From: Octopus vulgaris
Lineage: Eukaryota
DNA: 64,000 nucleotides
Assembly (NCBI GenBank): GCA_951406725.2
Contig: OX597829.1
Coordinates: forward strand, 21,328,001-21,392,000
Direction of reading: 5' to 3'
The notes beneath the pieces were generated by a model. The model worked only from the letters and a program-made list of their open reading frames with translations, did not search any database and was not told where the DNA came from. Position numbers and translations under genes: made by a program. Below are positions 37,102-50,891 of the stretch, piece after piece; positions within the stretch are counted from its first letter, which is position 1; every line of letters starts with the position of its first letter.

Positions 37102-37592
37102 TTAACTTTTGTGGGCTGGCAGGGTTGGAATTACACAAAAGGGCCATTGGGGTTCCCCTTTTATTTTTGCGCATTTCTACACTATCCATAAAGTAATATT
37201 TGTTTAATCTTGTATATGTGTGTGAGTGCATAATACAGAGCAAGAAATTTAGAACTTTATTTTATAGTTTATAAACTATACATGGAGCACTAAATATAAA
37301 ATATAACAAAATGTATATCGATTTATACCAGTACAAATATGAAGAAAATTGACTTATAGTTCATCGGAATATCTGAGAAAAGAAGAGAAAGAAATAATTT
37401 CACAGAAGGTCAATAGGGTCCAGTTGAACCCTAATGACCATATTTTATGCAATAACATCCATATGACTGGAAATTTTTAACTTAAAAAATTTGGATGTGC
37501 ACACATAAACTATTGACAATAAAAAGTCATGAGACATAGAATCATTTAAATAAAATATGCTGGGGTTCCAAGGGAACCTGCTGGCCCACAAT
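37102..37592. mobile_element. Non-autonomous DNA transposon (TIR-bounded)
   Basis: tgtgggctggcagg / cctgctggcccaca inverted ends; TTAA at the left end. Confidence 0.5.
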
Positions 37593-37742
37593 GACTATAC
37601 CATCACCTAAAATGTGTGGCCTTGTGTTACTTTTAGTAGAAGTTAGTGTCAGTGATGATCGTGGAGATTAAATTTTTAAATTTATTTTTTAATTATAATT
37701 TTAGTTGCTTTTTAATCTCTTTTTGTTTTCCAACATTGCTAG

Positions 37743-37924
37743 ATGCAAAGCTCTTTGAAAAACATAAGAGATAGTGCTTCAAAAAGACGAGCTGAAAGAC
37801 TGGAGAAAAGTAGCAATTCTGCAGACATGTTCCAGAGTCTCAGCTCCAGTGAGAGAGAACACTGGAGTGATTTTCATGATAAAAAAGATGACTTGAAGAA
37901 GAAAGACAGTTTAACATCAAAACT
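37743..37924 (+). CDS. Host gene exon (phase 0-2)
   Basis: ttttccaacattgctag|ATG, AACT|gtaagt; MQSSLKNIRDSASKRRAERLEK...KKKDSLTSK(L). Confidence 0.87.
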
Positions 37925-38047
37925 GTAAGTATTATCTCTTATTAATTACGTGGCAAGCTGGCAAAATTGTTAGCATGCCATCTTTACATTCTGAGTTCAA
38001 GTTCTGCTTAGACCAACTTTGCCTTTCATTGTTTCGGAGTCATTTAA

Positions 38048-38545
38048 CCCTTAGGAGATGACAGGGCCAATCTATTGGCCAAAATGTCATATGACAAAGG
38101 CAACTGGGCTGATCCATCAGCCCACTAATACAAGCATTGAGATTAGCTTGCTTCTCACATTTCTTGCACATCTGGGCCTTTCAGTGGTGGCTTCTATGAT
38201 AGTTTCCTGTGTTTTGTGATTTTACATTGATATTTTTTGTGTTCCAAGTGAGCATCGTGAAATTTCAACATGTCCGGCAGTGACACTGATGAAAATGTTC
38301 TTGGTGAGTCTGATTTCTCCCAGCCTAGCAGTGAAAATGACTCTGAAACTGGTGAAAACGACCAGGGAAAGTAATGGAGATGATCAAAATGACGATGGTG
38401 ATGATAAAGTTGTGAACCCTTGGCTTAGGATTAGGGATACTGAACTAGATAGAGAATTCTTAGAAAATATAGGGTCTAGATATATGCCACAAGGTATAAG
38501 CATCCCAGAAGAATACTTTATGCTGTTTTTCACTTAGAATCTCAT
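38048..38545 (+). mobile_element. piggyBac 5' remnant
   Basis: ttaa|ccctt terminus; acidic N-terminus MSGSDTDENVLGESDF; IPEEYFMLFFT motif; then truncated. Confidence 0.75.
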
Positions 38546-38922
38546 TTAAAAAATAATTGCAGGCCCTCTACAGGGTTCGTGAAAAGGGCTCTGTCTACTT
38601 GGCACTGAAACTTCAAATGATTCAGGCCTTGTTCCTATAGTAGAAAAGATTATTTCTCATTAATTTCAATGATAATTTCTTAAGACATGACACTATACAC
38701 GATATCAAATATTTGACATAGTTACCTAAAAAAAACACATGTATTCAAATCCATAGATGAACTATAAATCCTCTCCTTCTGCCAAAGAAAGCTAAAATAG
38801 TTTGGATAATTTTTAACATTAGTACTTGCTTTTCCTATCAGAAAAGTAACCATTCAACCTTAATGGTCAGAAACTGCACTAATAAGGAAAACTGAAGCAA
38901 GTAGAGTTAGAGACAACATTAC

Positions 38923-38994
38923 TAGAAAACACGGGAATCATCCCAGTATCTCTCACATGCAAAGCTAGTACTCTACCATCTGAGCTAATACTGC
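38923..38994 (-). pseudogene. tRNA-Ala(TGC) pseudogene
   Basis: Reverse complement gcagtattagctcagatggtagagtactagctTTGCatgtgagagatactgggatgattcccgtgttttc follows eukaryotic tRNA-Ala; the acceptor stem and T-loop are damaged. Confidence 0.7.
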
Positions 38995-39002
38995 AGAGAA
39001 AG

Positions 39003-39345
39003 TGTACAACTCGGTGATTAGAGTATCAAGCTCACAATCATGAGGTAGTGAGTTCAATTCCTGGCCCAGGCTGTGTGTTGTGTCCTTGAGCAAGACACTT
39101 TATTTCATGTTGCTCCAGTTCACTCAGCTGTAGAAATGAATTGCAACATCACAGGTGCCAAGATGTATTGGCCTTTGCCTTTCCCTTGGATAACTTTGGT
39201 GGCACAGAAAGGGGAAGCTAGTATGCATTGGGTGCTTCTGACCTTACATACAACAACCTTACCTGGACTTGTGCCTCGGAGGGGAACTTTCTAGGTGCAA
39301 TCCTATGGCCGTTCATGACCAAAGGGGGTCTTTACCCTTTACCCT
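39003..39345 (+). mobile_element. SINE family C
   Basis: Colinear with 40833-41163; tttaccc tail. Confidence 0.88.
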
Positions 39346-39526
39346 AGACACAATATATATTAAAATGGCTATACCAAGATCTGCTTGCTTTGCTGTGAGA
39401 TTAGCAATTCAGTAATTAATCTCACTGCCACTGTACCTCTTGAACACATTGCTTATCGCATCTATACCAATAAATGTTTTGTTTTAATCTTTGATCCATC
39501 ATTCAAGCAGAATGAAAGTCACTTAA

Positions 39527-39741
39527 CCCTTTAGCACTAAAACCAGCCATATTCAGCCAAAATATTCTACCCTTTTTTTAGTTCAAACTGGTCAGATCCA
39601 ACATTTCACATCTATCCTACAATGCCATTCAAAAAAATAAACAATCACATCATTGAAATCTTGAAGCTATGAGATTAAGCATGATTTATTCAAAACAATG
39701 TGAATAAATAAGCATTACATTTGACAGAGTAATCAGAAAAC
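39527..39741. mobile_element. piggyBac-type MITE (same family as 1377-1597)
   Basis: ttaa|ccctttagca end; the body is the reverse complement of 1377-1597. Confidence 0.75.
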
Positions 39742-40339
39742 TCAGTGTATGAATTTCTTCTCTTTCACTCTGATGTTAATCACTATTCTTCCAATAGCTC
39801 CACTCAGCTAGTAGAATATATCTTTTACTTTTAGAAAAACCAGCTGAGCAGATCATTGATATCATGTCGTGTTAGTTCAATGAGTGCATGTGACAACAGA
39901 TATCAATCACTCTTTGCTTATATCGCCTGAGCAATTAAGGATTCCTAAATTTCAAGCGATGATATTTTTTCCTCAGACAATTGTTTTGAATAATATATAT
40001 TAATGTTTAATAAGATCAATGAATTGACCATGATAAAAGGCTTGAAATATCGATAACTTGTTTTCTGAGATCACTTCCATTGTTCAATGCTATTAGGCTT
40101 CTCTCCTACGTTATAGTATTAAATCCAAATATGCACCATTAAACATGCACTGTCATGATAGGGCAGTTTAATGTGATTTGGATATTGAGCTCTAAATCAT
40201 ATGATAACATGTCATGCATAAAAGCACTGTATGTGTGTGCATGTACACACACACACACGAATGGATGGATGGATGTACTGACAGACAGACATATAGATAA
40301 ATGCACACTCAGGGATTTTATGCATGATATGTTACCATA

Positions 40340-40735
40340 GGCGCAGGAGTGGCTGTGTGGTAAGTAGCTTGCTAATCAACCACATGGTTCCGGGTTCAGT
40401 CCCACTGCGTGGCATCTTGGGCAAGTGCCTTCTGCTATAGCCCCGGGCTGACCAATGCCTTGTGAGTGGATTTGGTAGGCAGAAACTGAAAGAAGCCTGT
40501 CGTATATATGTATATATATATATATGTATGTGTGTGTGTTTGTCTCCCTGGCATTGTTTGACAACCGATGCTGGTGTGTTTACGTCCCCGTCACTTTGCG
40601 GTTCGGCAAAAAGAGACCGATAGAATAAGTACTGGGCTTACAAAGAATAAGTCCCTCGGTCGATTTGCTTGACTAAAGGCAGTGCTCCAGCATGGCTGCA
40701 GTCAAATGACTGAAACAAGTAAAAGTAAGTAAGTA
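40340..40735 (+). mobile_element. SINE family A (full length)
   Basis: Complete head, core and tail. Confidence 0.93.
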
Positions 40736-40832
40736 TATGAATTAGGGTTTAGTATCTAAACTGCCCCACCTCCACCCTATATATATATTTATGCGTTTAC
40801 ATTTATATGTATTTATACATTTACATTGTAAA

Positions 40833-41163
40833 GGCACATGGCTCAGTGGTTAGAACATCAAGCTTACGATCGTGAGGTTGTGAGCTCGAATCCTGGACTG
40901 GGCTGCGTGTTGTGTTCTTGAATAAAACACTCTATTTCATGTTGCTCCAGTTCACTCAGCTGTAGAAATGAGTTGCAACGTCACAGGTGCCAAGCTGTAT
41001 CGGCCTTTGCCTTTCCCTTGGGTAACAATGGTGGTATGGAGAGGGGAGGCCGGTATGCATGAGCGACTGCTGGTCTTCCATAAACAACCTTGCGCAGACT
41101 TGTGCCTGGGAGGGTAACTTTCTAGGTGCAATCCCATGGTCTGTGTCATGACCGACCGGTGTC
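40833..41163 (+). mobile_element. SINE family C (full length)
   Basis: A-box tggctcagtggttag, B-box gagctcgaatcc, cactcagctgtagaaatgagt core. Confidence 0.9.
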
Positions 41164-41174
41164 TCAGAACATTT

Positions 41175-41380
41175 ACAACATTTTCCAGTGTATAAGATGC
41201 ACCCTTGCATAAAACAAACCCCTACATTTTTTATAGAAAAAACAAATTTTATATATTTCATCATACACTCATACACTTGGTACCCCCATCCACAATACAA
41301 TTGCATTAGACAAATGAAAATCTTTTGTTATATTTAAAAATTAAGAAAAAAGCATGTCTTATACAATAGCATATACGGTA
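41175..41380. mobile_element. pogo/Tc2-type MITE remnant
   Basis: gtgtataagatgcac / gcatgtcttatac..atatacggta inverted ends. Confidence 0.5.
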
Positions 41381-42033
41381 AACTGAACCAGTGCTATGTG
41401 CACAGTGCATCACTACTAATGGGACACAAACAGTTAACTCTTTGTCAGTGAGTTGACTCTTATCCAAGAGGTAATATTTATCCCCACTTAAACATAGATA
41501 TTCTTTTAGAACAAACTATACTGTGGTAGTTGCCATGAGAGAAACTCTCATGTTGGCTTTTGGTGCAAAATGTATGCTTGTTTATATTGCTAGCAGGGAG
41601 ATAAATCCCTGTCAACTCCATTGCCAAGACCACCTGTTCACATTGATTTCAACCTTGTTTTGGTCTTGTCAATGTTGGATACTCAGCTGCTTGTGATAGC
41701 AGTGACTCGTCTCCCCACCACAGCGATATAGAGGGAAACAGTACCAGAACAGGCGCTGGTGTTGTGATTTGCCAGTGAGCTGCTTCTGTATCTGAAACTC
41801 AGGAAATATACATTTAGTCACTTAAAACTCTCCAATCTTAGAAACTGGTTTCTTGTTTAAATTTACAAACATGAATAAATAATTGATAAAAATAATTGAT
41901 GCTAAATATTTTAATTTGTGTTTTTTTCCATAACACAAACCTGTGAACAGAAGAAATGTCTTTTGGCAGAACTTATTTTTACATTTGAATAAATTGTTTT
42001 CCTCTTTTGTTTATTATTTTTAAAAATTTACAG

Positions 42034-42290
42034 GTCATCTGAGTCTTTATTTGATGCCAAGCCAAACTTGACAAGGAATAACTCAATACGATCTAGACAC
42101 CAGCATGATTATATAAATGAAAACATAAAAGTCAGTCAGTCGCCAGATAGTTCTTCAGTCACCAGATCTCATAGTAAAACCTCAGAAGTGTGTGTGTTTG
42201 GAAAAGGCTATGCTGAGGATTCATACACTGACATAAAAGCAGGTGGCGCCTCTGGTAATAAAATGAAACATCAAAAGAGGGCCAGTAAAG
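42034..42290 (+). CDS. Host gene exon (phase 2-1)
   Basis: tttacag|GTCA, AAAG|gtaaat; SSESLFDAKPNLTRNNSIRSRHQHDYINEN...KMKHQKRASK(G). Confidence 0.87.
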
Positions 42291-43609
42291 GTAAATATTA
42301 AAAATGGATATTTAAAAATTTTTTTATTATTAGAAATTCCAAAAAATGTTTTCTTGATATTCTTGATTTTAATCACTTTCTTGAGCAGTGTGAAAATATT
42401 CTTGTTTAATTTATAAATTGTTTGTCCATTTTAATTTTAACTGCTTCTGTGACGTAACAATTTGCAGTGTAGCTTATAAGCTTTTATTGTTTTGCTGTTT
42501 CTGATGAACTTAAAAGTCTTAAATATAATTTTCTACTATTGTTTAGGAATGATTTTTCTTTTAACAAAAATGATCAATTTAAGAAATAATAATAATAATA
42601 ATAATAATGTGGATGTCATATATATATTTTTGACCATTTTTTAACTTTTGGAAACTTGTTTCTGTAGAGGAAGTATGAGCCAATGAGGAAGCCATTACAT
42701 GGTCACATGACCTTGTAGAAATAGTTACCAAATCTCCCTCAAATCACACTTATCTTAAAAATGAAAAGTCACACACATCAGGTAATATAGAACTGTGCAT
42801 ACAAACAAATTGGATAGTCATGGTTGGAAAGCTTTTGATCATAAGTTCACCCATTCAGGACCCAACTTGGAGATAAACAACAACACAGTTTTCTAAAAAA
42901 ACATTATCAAAATGTGGTTAACTTGGTAGCATTACAGCTATTCTGAAAAGTGATTTGCTGACAATTTTAACCTGAATTGTTTCATTATAGTGTTAATGTT
43001 CACCAAATAGAAATTGATCTGTGAATCAATAGAAATTGATTTGGTATAAATAGAAATTTATGCCTGTGCATAAATAGAACATTGAAACATTTCTATGAAC
43101 TATACAACTTTTTCATCCTAAGCTCATTAAAAATATCATTTTCAGTGATCTTAAAATTCAGATGATCAAAATGACATTATGGAATTATTTAACATTATAA
43201 AATTGAAACTATATACCTCAAAATGATTAACAAACTTTTAAATATTGAAAGAAAAAAAAACCATTCATCATCAAGGATAAAGTTAACAGTCTGAAGACTT
43301 TGATTTGGTGAAGAAACCTATCTTAGACATCTGATTTTGTGAGAAGACAAATGGAAAGTTAGTGAAAACATCAAAACATGTTAGCTAAGTCAAAATGAAT
43401 GAATTCAAAGAGAACACATAAACCAACACTGTTGGTCAAAGGATAAATTGCCTAAATCCATTTAGAAAGATCAAAATCCTTATTACATATCCCCCCACCT
43501 CTCTCTCTCTCTCTGTCTCTGATTCTACTTTTGCCCCTGGCCAACCAAAGCCTTGTAAGTGGATTTGGTGTATATGAATGCCTACACACACACACACACA
43601 CACACATAC

Positions 43610-43975
43610 AGTAGTAGGCATCTGCTGGTCTCCAAGGACCATGGATCTTCACCCGAAGAAATTGTATCAGCTGCTGATGGCAGTTCAGAGTCTGTTGTGA
43701 CTGTATAGGCCCACACGGGAGTTGCAGTCATGTATACTTTGACTGTATTGGAAGGAGCTTTCTGCCAGTGCTACTGAATTTTCCTACCTTCGAGTCCGTT
43801 TTTCATTGGTGGTTAGGTCCTGTTTTCCCTCCACTCACTTCATCCCCTTTCACAGTGTTTGTCTGCAGTGTGAGCGATCATTTGTGACCTCCCATCTCAG
43901 GACGTCCAGATCAAGTGACTTCATATCTCTCTTGCAGACGTCCTTCAAATGAAGATGAGATTGTCCTTGTGCTCT
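43610..43975 (-). mobile_element. RTE (BovB-like) 3' fragment
   Basis: GQSHLHLKDVCKRDMKSLDLDVLRWEVTNDRSHCR and a C-terminal C..DCNSRVGLYSH zinc-finger remnant. Confidence 0.8.
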
Positions 43976-43986
43976 TATATATACAC

Positions 43987-44071
<85 letters not shown>

Positions 44072-45666
44072 ATTTGCAGTCCTTGGACATTTCTTTACGT
44101 GGCCACTGATATAAATTGTTATTTTTTAATAATAATTTTTACACTTAGTACTTATATATACACACACACACACACATACACGCATATACATACAAAAAGA
44201 TATAACCTTTATCTTTTATCTTTTACTTGTTTAAGTCATTAGATTGGGGCACTGTCTTGAAGAATCTTTGTTGATTTAATCAACCTCAGTGCCAATTAAA
44301 ATTTTTTTTTAGCCTGGTACTTATTCTATCGATCTCTTTTAAGGACATAAACACACCAACACTAGTTGTCAAGCGGTGGTGGTGAACAAACACAGACACA
44401 CACACACACACGTGCACACACATGCACACACACACACATACTTACACACACTCACACACATATGTATAATGAAAATGTTTGAGAAAAAATTCCATGCAGT
44501 GAATTGTAGTAAAACATACAAAAAGAAAGAAAATGCACAGCAATTTTTGTTGGAAACCATATATGTATATATTTATGAAATAAAATATTCATGTAGTGGA
44601 CTATTTTCACCTAGGCTAATAATCATGACTAAGTAGACAGTGATGATGTTATAATGTCATGCTATCATAATAAGCTTTCATTACATCTTAGTTGGAGAAC
44701 AGATGTTTTGTAAATGAACCAGAAGATAAAATGAATTTTAGAGGTGGTAATCAGTGATCATTATTATTAGAAGCAGGGAAGGTAATTTTTCTTTTGTTTG
44801 GGAAGTAAATTTATTGTTTGTAGATTTAAAATGTTTACATATTTCAAAATTGGTTATATATTCATATTACAGCACAGTTGATGTTTTTCAATGAATGAAG
44901 TCTCTTTATTTAATCATTGTTGTACAGAAGTTGTTCCATCTCATTTATATATAGGAAACATTTTAAAGTTTAATTGGAGATTTCCTGCACATCTGTTTGT
45001 GTGTTCACTTAGTAATATTTGCCTATATCTTGGGAAATGGATTTGTTCTCTATGCAGTGTTGTTCTCCTTCTGAAAGATATTCTTGTTGTTCCTATATAG
45101 TTGGGTCAACATCCTAACATAGATTAAGTTTTTGGATGCACAGGAAAACTCAGTCTTAATTTTGAATCCTTGTCCATGTTTAAAATGGAATTCTGAATGT
45201 TTCAGTTGTTTGAGACATAGTGCACTGTTAAGCCACCCATATTTTAACTCATAGTTACCTTGTTGTTGGGCTGCCCCATTTCTTACAAGCCTAGTAATGA
45301 AATATTTAGAATTGACTGTGTATGAAGAATCACTGCAAAAATGTGGATACCCCTTCCACCAATATGTAAGAGAAAACTGGAAATAATATCTGGATGACTG
45401 CTTTATCCTTTGGAGTGAAAGCATCAATAAACTATTTGAATTTAAAATACTGCCCAATAGTATAGATACTTTAAGAAAATATCTGTTCCCCTACTAGGAT
45501 GGAATGGAAACTTATTATGGTAGCATGAAATTGTAACATTATCATTAACTACTTAGTTATGATTAGCTTAAGTGTAACTGGTCAACTATGAAAATATTTT
45601 ATTTCATAAATATATTTATTTTTCTCAAATATTTCTGTGCCTTTTCCTTTTTGTAATATTTACTAT

Positions 45667-45706
<40 letters not shown>

Positions 45707-45884
45707 GGAGATGAACGCCATTCCTCCATGTGATTGGCTAAAAAAATTTTTAGAATATTAAGATATTTTTCTTAACATGAAACCAAAGGTAGCCTTAATA
45801 CACAAATAAAGAAATTTTATCCACCAATGCGATGTTGAGCATTCATCCTTGTCATTGGGCATTTACATGTCTATATATGCGTGA

Positions 45885-45925
<41 letters not shown>

Positions 45926-47381
45926 ATACATGTCTGTGTACACACACACACACATGCACATACACATGCATGCACACACAATTTATACACTATACACACA
46001 CTCATACATATATTCCTGTAACCTTTTGATCTCATATCCCAAGCCCTCAAGAAGTCTCACACTGTAACATCAAAGACTAAGGCAACTGACACCAAAGGGC
46101 TGCATGTTCTTTTGAAAGGAAAATACTCCCAGGAAACAAAACTACAACCATAAAACACAGCTGCCCAGACCTGAAGAATGTGTGCTGAACAAAGGGTGAC
46201 AGTCTATCAAGGCCATCATGTGTATTTCCTTGCCTAGACATTATAATCTCAATAAAATGGTCAAACAAATGAAAAATGAAGATTCCAAAGCAGTTGAACT
46301 AACTTGGAGAGATGAAACATTTAAGTCAGTAAGGACAGATGTATGGTATGAGAAAGAAAACTATACACAGCTGTTGAATGAAACAGTTATAATTGATAAA
46401 GAGCACAATAGAAACTTGAAGCCCAGTACTGATATTGGACCATTGCCAAAATACAGAATGGATATTTATTGTACATGCACAAAAGGTCTTGTGGTTAAGA
46501 GTGTCATTAATTTTAGTTTGAGTGGTGTTTGGCAGAAACATTAAAATGCAGGATAAAATGTCTTGAGGTATCTATTCCGAGTCTTTTACAAAGTCTCATT
46601 CAAGCAATGAAGTTGACATAATCAAGTGACTTCCCCACACTAGAATGGCTGGCCTTGTTATTATCCTCATCATCATAATCATCGTTGTCATTGTCATCGT
46701 CATCATCATTATCATCATCATCATCATCATCATCTAATGCCTATTTATTCCATGATGGCATGGGTGGGGTGGTTTGACAAGATCTAGCAAGCTGCAAAGC
46801 TGTGTCATGTTCCAGTATCAGCTCTGTTAGAAGCAATTATTGACTTTGGTGTAGGCATAAAGGACATGCATTTGAATCTGTTTTCATATTCTGCACACAT
46901 CATCCAAAGAAAGGGGAAAAAAAAAAAACTTGATGATGACCAGAAATAAAACCAATTTAAAATATGCATGCATATTGTTTATGATTAGATCTGATAAAAA
47001 AGAAACTCTAATCTCATACACTTTCTTCAATAATGAACTGAAATTTCATGTTAGAAAGCAGAGATGAAGTTTTAGACAAGATAAATACTGGCTAAATATC
47101 ATGAGCCAACTGTGGCTGCGATCATGATGGGGGACTGTTTATCATGTTTGTAATAAAGAATGCATTACCAGGGAATATTAAAATAGAATAATTAAAATAA
47201 ATAAACTGTCATTATGAATTCTTTATGTAGGGCATGATTTTAATGGTCTTAGTGATCTTCAGTGATACACCCACTTCTTCTTTGATACATATCATTCATT
47301 TCATTTCATACACTTGTTTGTTTTGAGGCTTTTTTCCCCTCAATATTCAGAATTATTAATGATTTGTCTATATTAGTACAA

Positions 47382-48932
47382 CTAGCTATGGTACCCAATA
47401 ATACATGAGAGCAGGGATATTCCCAGTACTCATTACAATGCCTAATTTCTCTCAGAAGGAAAATGAAATCAAGACATAGGACAGATAATAGAAGGTGTAA
47501 GCGAATTCATTCACAAAATGAGAATACAAATAAATATGTGTGGAATTGGAAAATAACAATTGTTTGGTCAGATGAGTGGAAAGCTGCAAATATATAATTA
47601 ATGGAAACATCAAGAAGGGAATTGTAAAGGAGTGCTATGAAAAAAAAGTATGTGAAAGTTTGAAAAGTAAACAAAATTTATTTAAAGAAAAGGTTCTTAA
47701 TTTGACGACTGTGTTTCATAGATATAGTCCCACTGATTGTGAGAATCAAATATCGATTGCAATGGTTAGAACCGACAATTTTAAATGCAGGTGTTAAGAA
47801 AATACATGTTACATGTTTTAGCACACAACGTTGCAATGCTTAGAATCAATAATTTTAAGTGCAGGTGTTAAGAAAATACGTTACAGAAACCTGAGAATGC
47901 AGAAATAATTGATGAACATTTTAACTCCACTACAGTTTAGGCCAAATTTCGTTAATCAGTTAATCAAAATTCATCTTACTCTTTGCTTGAGTGGCCTAGG
48001 CAAAAATTTATCTGCCTCAACTCATCCTTAGCACATATCCCATCTGTGTATTAAATTCCAAGAAAATCAGTTGAAAACTTTAAAAGTTATGGCAGAAAAT
48101 ATCATTCATACGAGAATTTGCATTGAAATGTCCTATTGATTTTTGAAAAGTCGATACTGATTAAAAATGATCAAATTTTGGGAAATTCCAAGTGTGTAAA
48201 TGACTGCATGGGCATAAGCCCCACATGTGTGTTAAGTTTCATCAAGATCAGTTGGATAGTCTTGGAGGTGTTAAAGTAATGAATTCACAAATATACACAC
48301 CCAATGGTGGATAAGAAGTCCTGACTTACTTAAGTAAGTTGAGGACCACTTAAGAAGATCCCTTTTCTTAAAAGACTGATATAAGATCCTGAACCTTCTA
48401 TAAGAGTTAAAGGTTTACATAGTAACTTAATGCAAACCTGAACTCCAAAAGTATTCGCAAGTTAAGAGAGGGTATACTGATAAGTTAAACCTTGTATATA
48501 AGTAGTAGTTTGTATAAACGTAGTTTGATTGTCAGTATATCTATTGTTATGCATGAAATACTGAATAGAAAATGCTTGAGAATTAAAATGTACTTAAAAC
48601 CTGAAATGCTGGGGAATTAAATCAACGAATTGAAATAATAAGTTTTAGCAAATGAAAATGATTTGTATTGAAATATAGAATTAGCAAATGCTAATGAGAT
48701 TACCATTAATAAGATGTCTTTACTCTTTTACTCTTTTACTTGTTTCAGTCATTCGACTGCGGCCATGCTGGAGCACCGCCTTTTAGTCGAGCAAATCGAC
48801 CCTGGGACTTATTCTTTGTAAGCCCAGTACTTATTCTATCGGTCTCTTTTGCCGAGCCGCTAAGTGACGGGGACATAAACACACCAGCATCGGTTGTCAA
48901 GCAATGCTAGGGGGACAAACACAGACACACAA

Positions 48933-48972
<40 letters not shown>

Positions 48973-49630
48973 ATATATACGACAGGCTTCTTTCAGTTTC
49001 TGTCTACCAAATCCACTCACAAGGCATTGGTCGGCCCGGGGCTATAGCAGAAGACACTTGCCCAAGATGCCACGCTGTGGGACTGAACCCGGAACCATGT
49101 GGTTGGTTAGCAAGCTACTTACCACACAGCCACTCCTGTCTGTTTATACTCATGAAACATTTTTCCTCAGATTTCAGCATTTTCTGTCAAATTGAAATCT
49201 ATATTAATGGGTAGGACTAATTTGATGAAGAAATGACCAAAGTCTTGTAGCAAACCCATGTCATCATCATTTTTGTGCTTGTGCAGAAAAAAATTTATTT
49301 GTCTCTACCCATCCTCTAACCAGCACATATTCCATCTGTATATAAAATTTCAAGAAAATCAGTTGAAAACTTTAAAACTTATGGCAGAAAATAACGTTCA
49401 TATGAGAATTTGCATTGAAATGTCCTATTGATTTTTGAAAAATCGATGCTGATTAAAAATTATCTATTTTTAAAAAAATTCTAAGTGCATAAGTGACCGC
49501 ATGGGCATAAGATCCACACATGTGTCAAGTTTTATCAAGATCAGTTGGTTAGTTTTGGAGGAGTTAAAGTAACAAATTCACAAATACACACAGTCATAAA
49601 CAGACAGAAATTGCCATTTATATATATAGA
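47382..49630 (-). mobile_element. Non-autonomous Helitron-like element with an internal duplication and a SINE insertion
   Basis: Minus-strand 5' end TCtatatatataaatggcaatttctgtctg (49630) and 3' end ...gggtaccatagCTAG (47382), lying between host A and T; ~270-bp direct repeat at 48030-48300 and 49320-49590. Confidence 0.6.
48719..49138 (-). mobile_element. SINE family A (full length)
   Basis: Complete reverse-complement copy. Confidence 0.93.
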
Positions 49631-50365
49631 TATTACAAACATAATCCTCTCTGAACAGTCACAAAGTGTCCTTTCACTGTAAATATATTTGAATTATGAA
49701 TAAGAACTTCTGACAATATTCAGCTACCACTGAAGCTTCTGTGAGAATGATACTGGATTTCTCATCAGATAGAATTTTTAAAAAAAGGCAGTATATGAAT
49801 TTATCATTGTAATCCTTCCTCAACATTATTTAATAAAAGAAATCCAAGAAATGAGTGGAAATACAAGAGACTAAATATCCTGATGAATGAATGAGAGATA
49901 ATTTTGTAAATATCTATCAGGATATATCCACAAGGCACACATTTCATTTCTAGAGTGTAATGTGTGTTAGTAGCTTCTCTCACACAGTGGTATATTGCTT
50001 AAGAGTTTTTGAGTGACATCAATATCAACAAGCTATCTATCTTGATACGCTTCTCACTTTAAGTGTATTCTTAGTGATTTAGAAATGCGAAATATTGATC
50101 ACGTATCTAATGCACAAAAGAAGATAACAATCAAGGTATAAATACAGTTGTGACTAATATTTGACCTTTGTAGTTAATTCTACTAACTTTCTACAAAATT
50201 TTGCTGTAACAATGTTATCATAATGAAAACATGCTGCCATAATGAACTCCTTTTGTCATTGTGAATAAAATTTAAGTACGATAATGGAAAAACAGGTTAT
50301 AAAAACATGGTCACAATGAAAACATCATAATTAACACATGAAGTATTGAGCAGTCATTTATGACT

Positions 50366-50596
50366 CACTCTTTTACTTGTTTCAGTCATTTGATTGTGGC
50401 CATGCTGGAAAACCGCCTTTAGTTGTGCAAATTGACCCCTGGGCTTATTCTTTGTAAGCCTAGTACTTATTCTATCGGTCTCTTTTGCTGAACTGCTAAG
50501 ATACGGGGACGTAAACACACCACCATTGGTTGTCAAGCGATGTTGGGGGGGAGGGGGACAAACACAGACACACAAACATATACCCAAACACAAACA

Positions 50597-50630
<34 letters not shown>

Positions 50631-50786
50631 CGACGGGCTTCTTTCAGTTTCCGTCTACCAAATCCACTCACAAGGCTTTGGTCAGCCCAAGGTTATAGTA
50701 GGAGACACTTGCCCAAGGTGCCACGCAGTGGGAATGAACTCAGAACCATGTGGTTGGTAAATAAGCTACTTACCACACAGCCACTC
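50366..50786 (-). mobile_element. SINE family A
   Basis: Complete reverse-complement copy. Confidence 0.92.
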
Positions 50787-50845
50787 CACTTTTTAATTTA
50801 TACAACTGTATTGAATGTGCAATCATAAACATCATTTCATATATA

Positions 50846-50891
<46 letters not shown>

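Noticed and set aside
41590-41800. GC-richer intronic patch with short complementarity to exon 42034 (possible editing-complementary sequence or cryptic exon)
   Set aside because: The best match is only about 12/14 nt plus a 6-mer, compatible with chance, and no phase-compatible donor was found.
46218-46544. 108-aa + strand ORF as an extra host exon
   Set aside because: No convincing splice sites or phase fit; more likely old retroelement debris.
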